Shown piece by piece: positions 30,226-42,900 of a stretch of DNA of 64,000 nucleotides (the stretch's first letter is position 1; every line of letters begins with the position of its first letter). The DNA lies in assembly GCA_002633005.1 (NCBI GenBank), contig NMRA01000142.1, positions 726,860-790,859 on the forward strand, given 5' to 3'. A program made the position numbers and the translations under genes. This stretch comes from Phoronis australis. Taxonomy: Eukaryota > Animalia > Phoronida. The notes under the pieces were generated by a model. That model was given only the letters and a program-made list of their open reading frames with translations. It searched no databases and was not told the origin of the DNA.

Positions 30226-33104
30226 AGTTGATTTTTAAATCTCGACACCGTACACCCATTTTCGTTTCCACTGTAGTTAATGACAACTGGATACTTGCAA
30301 CTGTTAATCTCAACTGATAAGTTATACCATATTTTATTATGAAAAGGTTCTTGTGTTTACATTATATACTGATTCACTGTTTGAAGAGCATACATCTGTT
30401 TTCTTTGGTTGATCAGCTGTTATTGCATCCAGTAAAATATGCCGTAAAACTCGCGAAAGTCGGACATGGAAAAGTCAAATTTTCCAAACCAGTTCTAGCT
30501 AGTGAACTCTGACCTTAAGATAAATTTAATTTCACCTTACTGGTATTCAATCACTCGATTCCGTTGATTTCGACTTATGCGAGTTTTACTGAAACTACCC
30601 ATTCTCAACCCATGAACCCAATCTTAGCTCATTCACGTTACACACTACAACAATTTTTTGTTTTAATTTTGTTCGAAATTTTATTAAAACAAACAATAAA
30701 GAAACAATTACACTGAACATCAGAATACATTACGTTAAACAAAGAAAGTATTAGTAAGTTTTGGCGACACTGCAGCCCTTGGAACCGTTCAATGACTATA
30801 TCAATTGTACTATACTCCTTGGCTACACAGTTTTAGAGATGCACAGAATGCAAAGTAATTCACCGCTTATTTAGCAAACAGTATGGCAGACAACTGAATT
30901 TTCATGTTGTCAAATTTGCTACAAAAACTATCAAGAAACTCTTCGTCTATTAGTTTGATTTGCACCAAAATACTTGATGAGGCTCCCAATGTATGTGGTA
31001 AGGTAATCGACCTTAACAATGATAATGTTGGTGATTATTTTTGTATGTAAATAATTGGTGAAGAGTTACCATTCGTAACTGCTGCCTGCTTAAAAAATGT
31101 GAAATGAATCCCTTGGCACTGTTCAATGGCTACGCTGTACCACAGATGCAGAGAGCATTCCATCTGTATTAGGTAATTAAAGATATGTGAATTTTTTCTA
31201 GTCACTCAATTTTAGACTCTTAGTATTGATTTTTTTGATATTACAGACCAGACCAAATTGTCTGGATCTATGATTGCATCATTATCTACTCGTGGTGGTG
31301 GAATTTCCAAGTACTTGGCACTTGCAGGCTTGGTGTAGCTTGAATAAAAGCCTTTCGGAGTAAGGGATTTCAAGGTTCTCCACCAGATGTCATTCTTACC
31401 TTGGGCCAGTTTTGGTTACGCTACCATGTGTCGAGTTGTGCAATGCTGTTGATGAGTCAAACCAAAAACAACTTTCATGAAATCACCCCAGTTGTTCAAC
31501 TTAACTAGAGTCCAGTTGCAAGAGATAACTGAAACTTGTCGTTTGAGATTGGTCTATATCTCAACAAGGCAGAGGTTTATGTGGAAATGACATTATTTAG
31601 GATGGGAAAGCAAATTGGCTACTCCCCAGCAGTATTTGGGTGTAGTAGTCGAGAACGGCCCCANAGTTGATTTTTAAATCTTGACTACCGTACACCCGTT
31701 TTCGTTTCCATTGTAGTTAATGACAACTGGATACTTGCAACTGTTAATCTCAACTGATAAGTTATACCATATTTTATTATGAAAAGGTTCTTGTGTTTAC
31801 ATTATATACTGATTCTCTATTTGAAGAGCATACATATGTTTTCTTTGGCTGATCAGCTGTTATTGCATCCAGTAAAATATGCCGTAAAACTCGCGAAAGT
31901 CGGACATGGAAAAGTCAAATTTTCCAAACCAGTTCTAGCTAGTGAACTCGGACCTTAAGATAAATTTAATTTCACCTTACTGGTATTCAATCACTCGATT
32001 CCGTTGATTTCGACTTATGCGAGTTTTACTGAAACTACCCATTCTCAACCCATGAACCCAATCTTAGCTCATTCACGTTACACACTACAAAAATTTTTTG
32101 TTTTAATTTTGTTCGTAATTTTATTAAAACAAACAATAAAGAAACAATTACACTGAACATCAGAATACATTACGTTAAACAAAGAAAGTATTAGTAAGTT
32201 TTGGCGACACTGCAGCCCTTGGCACAGTTCAATGACTATATCAATTGTACTATACTCCTTGGCTACACCGTTTTACAGATGCACAGAATGCAAAGTAATT
32301 CACCGCTTATTTAGCAAACAGTATGGCAGACAATTGAATTTTCATGTTGTCAAATTTGCTACAAAAACAACTATCAAGAAAATCTTAGTCTATTAGTTTG
32401 ATTTGCACCAAAATAGTTGATGAAGCTCCCATGGCATGTGGTAAGGTAATCGACCTTAACAATGATAACGTTGATTATTTTTGTATGTAAATAATTAGTG
32501 AAGAGTTACCATTCGTAACTGCTGCCTGCTTAAAAAAATGTGAAACGAATCCCTTGGCACTGTTCAATGGCTACGCTGTGCCAAAGATGCAGAGAGCATT
32601 CCATCTGTATTAGGTAATTAAAGATATGTGAATTTTTTCTAGTCACTCAATTTTAGACTCTTAGTATTGATTTTTTTGATATTACAGACCAGACCAAATT
32701 GTCTGGATCTATGATTGCATCATTATCTACTCGTGGTGGTGGCATTTCCAAGTATTTGGCACTTGCAGGCTTGGTGTAGCTTGAATAAAAGCCTTTCGGA
32801 GTAAGGGATTTCAAGGTTCTCCACCAGATGTCATTCTTACCTTGGGCCAGGTTTGGTTACGCTACCATGTGTCGAGTTGTGCAATGCTGTTGATGAGTCA
32901 AACCAAAAACAACTTTCATGAAATCACCCCAGTTGTTCAACTTAACTAGAGTCCAGTTGCAAGAGATAACTGAAACTTGTCGTTTGAGATTGGTCTATAT
33001 CTCAACAAGGCAGAGGTTTATGTGGAAATGACATTATTTAGGATGGGAAAGCAAATTGGCTACTCCCCAGCAGTATTTGGGTGTAGTAGTCGAGAACGGC
33101 CCCA
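30226..33104. repeat. ~1.44-kb direct duplication (30226-31663 / 31665-33104) joined by a single n
   Basis: Near-identical copies with scattered SNPs and small indels; n at 31664. Confidence 0.95.
30443..30591. mobile_element. Small Tigger/pogo-like MITE (also in the duplicate at ~31883-32031)
   Basis: gtaaaactcgcgaaagtcg is inverted relative to cgacttatgcgagttttac. Confidence 0.55.
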
Positions 33105-34228
33105 GTGCTCAGAGATAGTCATACTCAAGTTCTACAAGAATAAAGGTAGTCGCCATGTTTATTTCAAGCATTGTGTTTCTACCTTTTTGATTTGAGTACT
33201 ATTACATGTGGAAAATATACGTGTACTTTTTTTAGTGTATCTGCGAGTTTAGAATAGTTACGTCGAGTGCAAAAGCCCCATGCAGTTTCTGATTTCGGAG
33301 GTCAAATTCGAATTGAAATCAAACTGTTTTGAGACGGTACCAAAAGCAATCCTTAAGCTCTAACCGGTACCGGGAACTAGCTGAGCATGCAAACGTACCT
33401 TTAGAAAGGGTACTACCACATAACTTGATGTAAACAAAATGGAGAGTCACAATTTCAGTGGTCGCCATGTAAATCCAGATGTCGTTAGGAGCAATGACCA
33501 AAATCATGATAGCTAATGCTTTTGGAGTTTGTTTAAGTTTAGCTTGGCAACACCAGAGATACTGTTGTACAAACACGTGCTGAAGCACTGTTATTTCCTA
33601 TGCAATTCTGTTTTATTCCGATGCATAACACGTGTAGACAGCAAAATAAGCATATGCGTTGACAAAAACGAAAGATAACAACAAAATGGCACTGCATGGA
33701 ACTTTAAAAAGATACTAAACCCCTAAGGGACAATAATATGAAAAGAGATTTTCTGACAGCTCAGCAGAACCCCAATGGTCACCTCTAATGGGAGCTAAAT
33801 CCCACTTGTTCAATGGCAGAGTACTACAAAAGTGGTACAGTCGCAGATCTTGATTTAAGCGAATGTCTGACAGAAAACGGCAAGAATTGGCTTTTTGTAA
33901 AAAAATTACAGACTGAAACACATTTTGTTATTTTATAGCTTTGGCCACAGCTAATAACATCAAGAAATCTATCCAATCCAAAAATAATCCCCAAATTTTT
34001 ATCCTCCGTAAAATGTAAAATGTCCCTTTTAAATAAATTAAATTGACTTCCCCAATACAGCTCTCTGAAATGAAACAACACTCTGTAACCCTAATCAGCC
34101 CTCAGAAATTTGGAGCAAATTTGAGAACTGCTACATTGGCAAGAGTTACACTTTAGGCAAGTTACACACCTGTAGGAAAGGAACACCCACCAAGAACCAT
34201 AATATTCATTCTAGGATGCAGTGAATAT

Positions 34229-34408
34229 CATGCACGCACCCAGCCTAAAAATTGGGGGCTCGAACTTTTGAGAATGTGGACTTTTTGATTCAAGGGGTAC
34301 GTTTGGTAGTTTTTGCCTTTTAGTGGTCTTTTGCATCGTTTTCTACTTTTTCAGAATTTTTGTTTTTCTGAGGCCCCGGTGCATCCCTCCCCCCTGGGTG
34401 CGCGCATG
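34229..34408. mobile_element. Small hAT-like MITE
   Basis: TIR CATGCACGCACCCAG / CTGGGTGCGCGCATG. Confidence 0.55.
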
Positions 34409-35116
34409 AATAATATGCAAATGTTATTAGTTGTATCCTGCTTCTACCTCTCAAATGAGAATCCAATGGTGCAGTGGACAGAACAAGGACATGTTGAAAT
34501 AACCAAAACAGGATTTAGTATCTTCTCAAGTACAAAATTCTGGCATATTTACCAAAGTATTGATCATGACTTTGTGATCTTGATCAAACAATTGTCAAAA
34601 AACAACAACACAGTTTGTTGTATGTTGCATTAATAAATAGTAAGACAAACAATAAACAAGTAATTATGCTAACAGTGCAACAAATAGAATACGCAAAATT
34701 TAACATATCACTGGGTTGGGACCTTTGTGCACACTAAAACACCTCATAGTTGTTCATAACACTTTGGTGATTACACGGATGTAAGCTGATGTTTTCAAAA
34801 TAATACAAGAGATCGCTAACTCATTTACTGGTTTTCCTGAACAACATGTAATCCATAAGTTGGAAATTTTCACTTGCATTCACCCCAGCAAGAGTCTGTA
34901 ACTCTCTAGCAGATATCGCATTGTTCTGTACACTGTTCTGTGCTTTTTGAGCCCTGAAGACAGTACCCTGAAGGGTATCACTACTTACATTGTAACTGTT
35001 CAGACGAACTGTGTCGACCCACACGAAAGTGCCATGGATCGATAACTGTTATCACTATCACAAGATTTCTGTTATGGTAATTAATAACTGTTATCACTAT
35101 CACAAGAATTCTGTTA

Positions 35117-35342
35117 CGGTAACTGTTCACTTATTAAGCACAAAATATGGCCGACTAGTTTCTTAGTGAAATTCTATTTGTCAAATTTTTCAAGAAAAAT
35201 ATATAATTATAATCCATCACAAATATGATTTGTACTGGGTAGATTTCATAAAACAACATTTGGTAAAGTTTTCTTTGTTTTTGAAAATGGAAAATGACAA
35301 TTTTGGCAATTATATTTTAGCACAATAAGTTGAGAATTACCG
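35117..35342. mobile_element. TA-flanked CGGT MITE
   Basis: TA|CGGTAACTGTTCACTTATT ... AATAAGTTGAGAATTACCG|TA, preceded by a 42-bp local duplication. Confidence 0.65.
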
Positions 35343-36290
35343 TACGATACACCTTAATCTGTAAACATAACAGTGCTACAACACCATTTCATGCTTCTTT
35401 TGTAAAATTCTGAGACAAACTTTGGCATCAAGATCAAGGTAGCAATAGTCAAACTGCACTGAACCAACTTGTTGGCACCATAGACCTAAGACAAGAAATT
35501 CGCAACTCCGTAAATTTCTTATGGAATTCCCAGAGGAGGCGCCACTTTCTTCCAAAGCACAACTCGGCTTCAGGTTAATGAGCACACGACGTACGTGCTG
35601 GAAGTAAAACGTGCATTACACCAAGCGCAGCTAGTGAAAAGTGATGTTGTGGCCAATAGTGTTGGTCGCGGCTTTCGTGCAAGACCACAGATTTTGAACA
35701 TTGAGATTATAATACAACAGAGAAGGCGGTCCATGTACTATAATAGTCTATCATGGCACAGGAGCTAGACGTAAAAGCAACTAGAATGCAAAATTACAAA
35801 TACCAAATTGCCAAACTAAAAATATTTTACAGAAGTTTCGGTTACTCCGTATGTGACTTCAACAAACCAGAAAGAAAATTAAGAGGTGCACCTATTCAGA
35901 AAAGATTACACTCCAAATCTTGTTTGGATCTCCAACGACTTTTCACATTAACAATCACAACATTACATCGATGTTCAACAGAAACATTCCAGTGTTAATA
36001 GCCAAAGCAAAGTAAAATTTACACACACCAAGGTGTGCATGTCCTCATGTATCTGGTGTTACGTGGCTCTGGCAATATACACAATATACTATAGTGTCAA
36101 TAATGTTGAGAACTTCCACATCTTATACCAAACCACAAAGAACACGCTAAAATTCTTACTTAAAAACAGGACAGGAGACTGGTGTTCTAGTCATACAAGG
36201 CATGTTATGCTAAATTATTGATAGCGAGTATCTAATAACGATCAATTTCTATAGGGTTTTAACACAGTTTGGCATACAAACAAGTAACTA

Positions 36291-36502
36291 CGGTAAAATC
36301 TCGCCAATTTAGGACAAAAAATAATGGAAATAAAGCCAATTTTTCATTTTTAAAGGCTCCTAAATATGTTGTCAAAGTATGAAACTTTTCAAAATATTGT
36401 CTGGCGGTAACTATGATGCAGACTTTGAACAATTGCTACATGGAAAAATCAAAAAATTCCCTTGTCCGCCATACTGTGTCCTAAATTAGTGGGATTCTAC
36501 CA
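36291..36502. mobile_element. TA-flanked CGGT MITE (same family as 28027-28275)
   Basis: CGGTAAAATCTCGCCAATTTAGGACA ... TGTCCTAAATTAGTGGGATTCTACC; downstream of the PHKA stop. Confidence 0.75.
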
Positions 36503-36708
36503 CAGAGACACAGCCCTGACGAGAGAAGAACTCAGGACCAAACGATACGATGCCAGTCTAAAACACTTAAATTGCTTTTAGTTGAACAATTTAAAAGGAA
36601 AAATGAGCAAGAAACTATCACACTGAAATCTGTAAAGTTTAACCTCAAACGAAGCAGGCTGGTTGGTGAGTCTTAGAATAATGTGTGCTTAAAATACTGG
36701 ACTCATCT

Positions 36709-36918
36709 TCAGCTCACGGCACAATCCAAATTACCGTCGAGCGCGGCAAGCTCTATGGAGTTGGCCACAGCTCTCCACATGTAGGAGATAGTTCCGTACT
36801 TGCCACTAGGGGCGCTGTCGTAGAAATGTTGACATATTCCCTTGGAACTGTTGCACTGCGTTTGCTCTTTACTACCTTGTGCTGCACAGCATGTTGTCGC
36901 ATCACCATCAAACTTTAT
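36709..36918 (-). CDS. PHKA: PHKA last coding exon (CaaX)
   Basis: [25 protein letters not shown]...DCAVS-stop. Confidence 0.96.
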   Translation of the reverse strand: MKFDGDATTCCAAQGSKEQTQCNSSKGICQHFYDSAPSGKYGTISYMWRAVANSIELAALDGNLDCAVS

Positions 36919-39900
36919 CTGTAATAATGATTGATTCATACTGTCGAAGTTAGTGTTAGAGAGACACATTAAAAAACTATCAGCATTTGGCTGAAATGTC
37001 AAAACACCGCAAGAAGAGGCACTTTAAAATGTGGCCATGACCTTTCAAACATTAAATCACAGGCAATTTTACATTTTCCTTTGCCAAAGGAACAAAAAAT
37101 TAGAAATGAATAAATGTTTTACAAATTGAGAAAAAATGGAATACAGTAAATGGCCCTACTGTTGCAACTCTTCAATATATACAATGCATGTTCCTTTTTA
37201 CCTGATCTTCCAAGAATATCTTTTGAGCGTCTTTAACTATGTTTTCCACTTGGATATCCAACTTCAAATTGGACTTGCCGCTGTCATGTTCAGCGAGCTC
37301 ACATAGCACCATCATGGCCTCCACAAGCAGCTGGCGATATTCAGGATTTGGAATTCTGTTCAACCCACTCTCTACTTGGAGAGCAAATTTCAGCTCCCCC
37401 GGGGTCATCTGAAGGTACAAGTATATATATTTATTTATGTGTGAAAACCAAGGTTATCAGCAAGACAAACATCAAGTTACTTGCTAAAAAAGTCAGATCA
37501 AGCTCATATCTGCCATACATTACAACCAAACCACAATATCACACCAGTTTGTATTGCGAGTGTTCAAGGTTTACAGAACACTGGGCTGAAACAACGCAGC
37601 TCATTATTTAGTAATGGTGCATTAAAAAGTCCACTTCAACCAGTTACGAGCTTAGTCCAATGTTCACCCAACCCTTCCCAACTCTGGGGTCCAGTCCAGT
37701 GGCTCATTTTCCAAAAAATTGAGGGTCCAGTTCAGAATGAGTACACTTACGCAGAACAAAGAAAAATGTATATTGGAAATGGAGGGAAATGATACAGTAC
37801 TTTTGTAAATGGAAAAAAGGGAGATGATCTTCATTTCATACAGCTCATTAACATTACATCCTAGGTGGCACATCCATAAACTCAATATGTACCGTTTTAG
37901 CTTGTTTCAAATGATGCAAAAATGTAGCCCCGGCAAACACTTAACTAACCTTAAAGAGAACTTTCCAACTTTCTACTTTAGGCATTCATTAATGTAATTA
38001 TCTCCCCTCACCTCATTCTCAATAGTCTAACATAGGTGTGTAGGTACCAGGCAAAATAATTTTTTTCCATTTTCCATTTTTTGACATGTACATTTTCGTA
38101 GGAAAATATTTTGCTTTGCAACTAAAAAAGTATGATCTTTTTCTATACGTAGCTTACAGTGTGGGTGCATAGTTTTTACCTCAAAATCTGGAGCCCCTTT
38201 CATGCCTAAATTAAAAGATATTTTTTCACTTTGTAAATTAAGTGGTTAGTATCAGTTGCTTAATATATGGTAATATGTGGGAGTACACACAAAACAATAA
38301 GATGAGCTCCAGATTTTAATGTAAAAACTATGCATCCACAACATAACAAACCACGTGTAGAAAAAGTATACAAAGCCAAAATCATTCCTGGGAGGAAAAT
38401 ACGTACTTCTCTAGTGAGATTCTGTTGAAGAAAGTAGCCATCAATCTGTATACCTGTACTCTGGAAGAAGTAAACAGTTTGTATTATGTAACTTGCAGTG
38501 CAGAATCATACGAGAACCCGTTTACACGAGTCACATTCAACAAGAGAACAACCAGGGTAGAGTCCAGTAAAGCCAGGACCTCGCAAAAAAGCAAGACTTC
38601 ACGAGATTACGTGAGATATTGCCTAGTACTTTAAAAGAGAACACATGATTTTGGCTGGATTTTAGCGAGTTCCTAGCGTAGGGCCCCAGTAAGTAACCAG
38701 TACCCCTTCTTCTACCAAACAAGAATGTAAAGCAATACCAAAGGTACGTACTCTTTCCAGTAAACGCCATATCCGGGGATAGAAGCCTACCGGCACTCTG
38801 TTGAGAGCGCCATCTAGCCGCCTCCTCCTCAACCACTGACCTTGCCTATCACTTTCCAACGCTTCCTCTAAACTCTCAGCATTGTGGTACATTGCTTGAT
38901 CAACCGTCTGGAAGCACATTGGTTTTAGTGGAGCAGCGCAACGTGAGTTTTGAGCCAGAACCATTCAGTTGATGATACAAGCATGACCTTAGACAAGAAC
39001 GCAGTCTCTAAGTCAAGTTTCATTTAGGTCAGCTATATGACTAAAATAACGAAAACCTATTGATTGCTTAAGAATCAAAATTTGAGAATTTCCCCACTTT
39101 ACCATTTCACAATGGTCCAGTTGAATATAGAATTAAACTAGGCATTTTAAAATTGTGACATGTGAGTCCAATATTCAAGCTGCATTTCATTCCGTTTCGG
39201 AGGATTAAAACAAAAATCGAATTAGGCCTTTTACTCTCACAAAGTCTGCCTCACAGTATTCCTTACCATGACGGGATTCTATTACCGTTGCCAACAAAAA
39301 ACTCAGAACTGTCCAATGGAAAAGGTTTTTCATTGCTTTCCGATGACATTATGTTAAAGACTTTTTAGTGACTGGTTCAACCATTTAACATCAGAACCAC
39401 CATCATTTCAAGAAAACACGTCTTGGGGTTGGCCATCCATAAAATTGCGAATTCAAAAATGTTGCATGTTAAGAATTGTCTGCAACAGAAATGGAATCCT
39501 ATGATGGTAAGGAATACTAGGCCTAATTTGATTTTCATTTTCAATTTTTTAGCCAGCTAAAAAGGGTGAAAGGCATAAAATTTGTAACATATTTGAAAAA
39601 CGTTAGTGAATGTAAAAATTTCAAGTCCAAATGTGACCACAATGCACATACGTGCAGAGAAAAGCATGCATCAAGCCCGCGTACATGCAAAGTGCAATGA
39701 TTTACAACATGATGTATGTGCAATTCTGTAAAATGTACGAAGCATTGTTTATACTAATCATTCAGTTAGAAAATCTTTTACATACAGCAAAAACAATTCA
39801 ATATAATCATTCTGTTAGAAAATCTTTTACATACGGCAAAAACAATTCAACTGCCACAGTGGAAAATCTAAAACAACGTAGTCGTTTGGCACGTTAAGGC

Positions 39901-42900
39901 GTTTAGTAATCCGTATAAGTTTGATTACAGAAAAATGTGAGACATGGAGCTTTAGTGGGGATTTTAAAGCCAGAGGGGGACTGTAAGCCAAGAAGAAGTT
40001 AAGAAGGCACAAGTCATGGCTGCCAAGGGAGCTCTATTTACGCCACGCAAGAAGTGGTTACCGGAGTCGTACGCAGTGGACAAGACTCGCTAGATTCAGG
40101 TTTGCTATCTTTTGGGAGTTTCCATTTCTTTTTACTCTGTAATAAAAATGTCAACGGCTGCCCAGTACACCAAGGTATACGTCTGGGATTTACATTATCT
40201 AGATATATCTGTACTATTGGGGACATTATTCGATAGTCTTGGATTTGGAGTTTAAATATAGTCCAACTTAATTTTAATGTGGGATTATCAAAAATGGGAC
40301 TTTTGTGATTTTCAGGAAAAAACTCAAGAGTTGCATAAAACGAAAATGAAGTGATAATTTAGAAAATTATACACCTGTAAGTAAACCCTACATGTGAAAC
40401 AGATATACGATATTATGCCTCTTAAAAGAGGAACACATTGTGCCTTGTTGACTGGTTTGTATAGCACTTGTTTACATGATGTACTTGGGCCGACAGCCAT
40501 ATGAATGAATAAATCATTTCATAAAAATCGATGTATTTGAGATTTCACCTTGAACATATATATCACATAAAATTTGGTCATGCCATAGATTTCGTTGTTT
40601 TGCAACTAAATGTATCTTTTTTGCAAAAATTTACTAAAAAAGACATGCTCTTGTGACCCAATTAATGGCAAATCGACAAAAAGTCAAAAATCAAATTTCT
40701 ACAAGCCTTTTACTCTTAGAAAATACTTTTAGTGAGTTAAAATTTACGATTGTGCAGGTATCTTGTCTGAATACATAGACTAGACAATAAGGACCCACAT
40801 ATGTAACCTTAAATGCTCACTTATGCACCCGTCCATAATTTAAAACCGGGGTAATTAATACCCTTAATGCACCCAAGTTTTTGTAAACACCACTTTCAAC
40901 TTAAAAAACGGAAGGCAAATCGCTTCTTTGTGAAGCCAAAACAAGAGTGAAAGCAGTGGATTGTCTGCAGTTGGCCATTGTTCTACTGACATGACCTGGA
41001 AGACAATGTATCACACTTTGTCTGCAGTTGGCCATTGTTCTACTGACATGACCTGGCAGACAATGTATCACACTTTGTCTGCAGTTGGCCATTGTTCTAC
41101 TGACATGACCTGGCAGACAATGTATAGCATTTTGTCTGCAGTTGGCCAATATTCTACTGACATGACCTAGCAGACAATGTATCGCACTTTGTTTCTTTAT
41201 GCCCCTGCTCAACTGACTTTGGAGTCCTTCAATTTGAACACATCAAGCATTAACCTGGTTGAAGACAGTTATATCTTCTGATTACAGAAGTTCACCCTGT
41301 GTTCTTAATTGAAACACACAAATAAAATGATCACTTTAAAGCCTAACTTCCAACGGAATTTTGTTATTTTAGATGTATTGGGCTAACCAGAGTCCTAGCA
41401 AAGCCTTAGTAAAATAAGAAAACGCTAGTTCAATCGCGCAAATGTAAGACCGTCAAATGATAGGCAAAGTTGCTTTTTTGTGCCATGTTGCATCACCGCG
41501 AGATCCCAGCACAAACAACAAAACACTGGTAACAGTTGTAATGAATAGGGATCGCAATAGAACACCATTGCGTGCGGGTGTTATTCGCAGCTGTTTGAAT
41601 TAAAAGGTGATTCTCGCGGTGACGAAGACAATAGCAAGCCAATACGCCAAACAGTTCGTTACATTTGGCAATTTATGGCACTAGTGGGCTCAGAGCGATG
41701 CTCTTGTAGGAACCAAATTTACAGTTGTTACCACTCAAGATAGGCTTTAAATAGCTTCATGTAGATATTTCCACTAAAAATCACTAAAATTAATAATTTT
41801 ATAATAAAAAACTTGTAGGAAGGGTCAAACTACGAGAAAGATGACCAAGCAATAATATGATGTGAGTTGCCTACTTTATGTTGTTACAGCGGTAAGAAAT
41901 TGCTGTCCCTTAAAAACAGTAAGAAAAAGGTCACAACACGAAAGTAGCATAGCAGTTGCTGGTGTCCACAGAGTGAAAAAGGAAAGGTCTGTCATAAATA
42001 CACAACATTCTCACGCCGTGGAGTAAAACTTGATCTAAAACTACCAGAAGATATACCTTTTGGTAAATTTTTTTCTAAAACAAAAGCAAAAACCAACGTT
42101 AGTAAATAACACCCATGCTCCGGATAAGATGTTGACAAGCACTTCAGTCCATTACAGTCTGACACATAGTAGTAAATGGCCACAAAAATGGAGTTTTGTA
42201 AATTAGGCAAATATTGATCAACCATAAAGGTTATGATAGAACTGCCATTCAGGATGTGTCAAGCAACCCCATGCTATCAAGGTAGCATGAACTCTTAGCT
42301 AGACTGTATTTGGGTAATATTTACATGAACAAAGTAAACAGTAACGCAGTGTTCTCCACAATACCAATTCCAAACTCGACACAAATTTCTAGAGCTCAGT
42401 ACCAGTAGTCAACACTATAGTATGTTTTAACATCTCCGCTGGAGGTATTGAGAGGCGTTTCAAAAATGTACATTGAACTGGTCAGGTGTGACCTATTTTT
42501 TAACACTTTGTAGGGCCTACACATGACAACCGCTGATGACTGTCTCACGAATAAAAAAACTTGTTGTTAAAAGCACGTGGCCAGGAAGCGCGCGCTACAT
42601 GCCTGTCACTTGACATCGCAGACATTAGTCTCCGGGAACTATCGATGAAACTACGCCGGGTAGCCATATCGGCAAGAAATAAATATCGGGCTCTAATTTG
42701 AGAAAGTTTCTACTGCCGTAAAAACTGTTGCGTTGTTTTTAAGAAAGATTGCCTTAATTATCCGATCACTTTTTCAATGCATTCATAATTGGTGTTTGTA
42801 AAGTAAACTACGTGATAAAANTGTAGATATTTCCACTAAAAATCACTAAAATTAATAATTTTATAATAAAAAACTTGTAGGAAGGGTCAAACTACGAGAA

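Noticed and set aside
36800-36817. CTCF-like CCACTAGGGGCG in the last PHKA exon
   Set aside because: One G short of the core and fully explained by the codons for the conserved DSAPSG.
40901-41212. ORFs with 19-aa repeats; spaced repeats superficially like CRISPR
   Set aside because: They are by-products of a 57-bp minisatellite with no unique spacers, in a eukaryotic intron.
41189-41227. Possible 39-nt PHKA exon [13 protein letters not shown]
   Set aside because: Phase 1-1 is incompatible with the downstream phase-0 exons, and the splice sites are weak.
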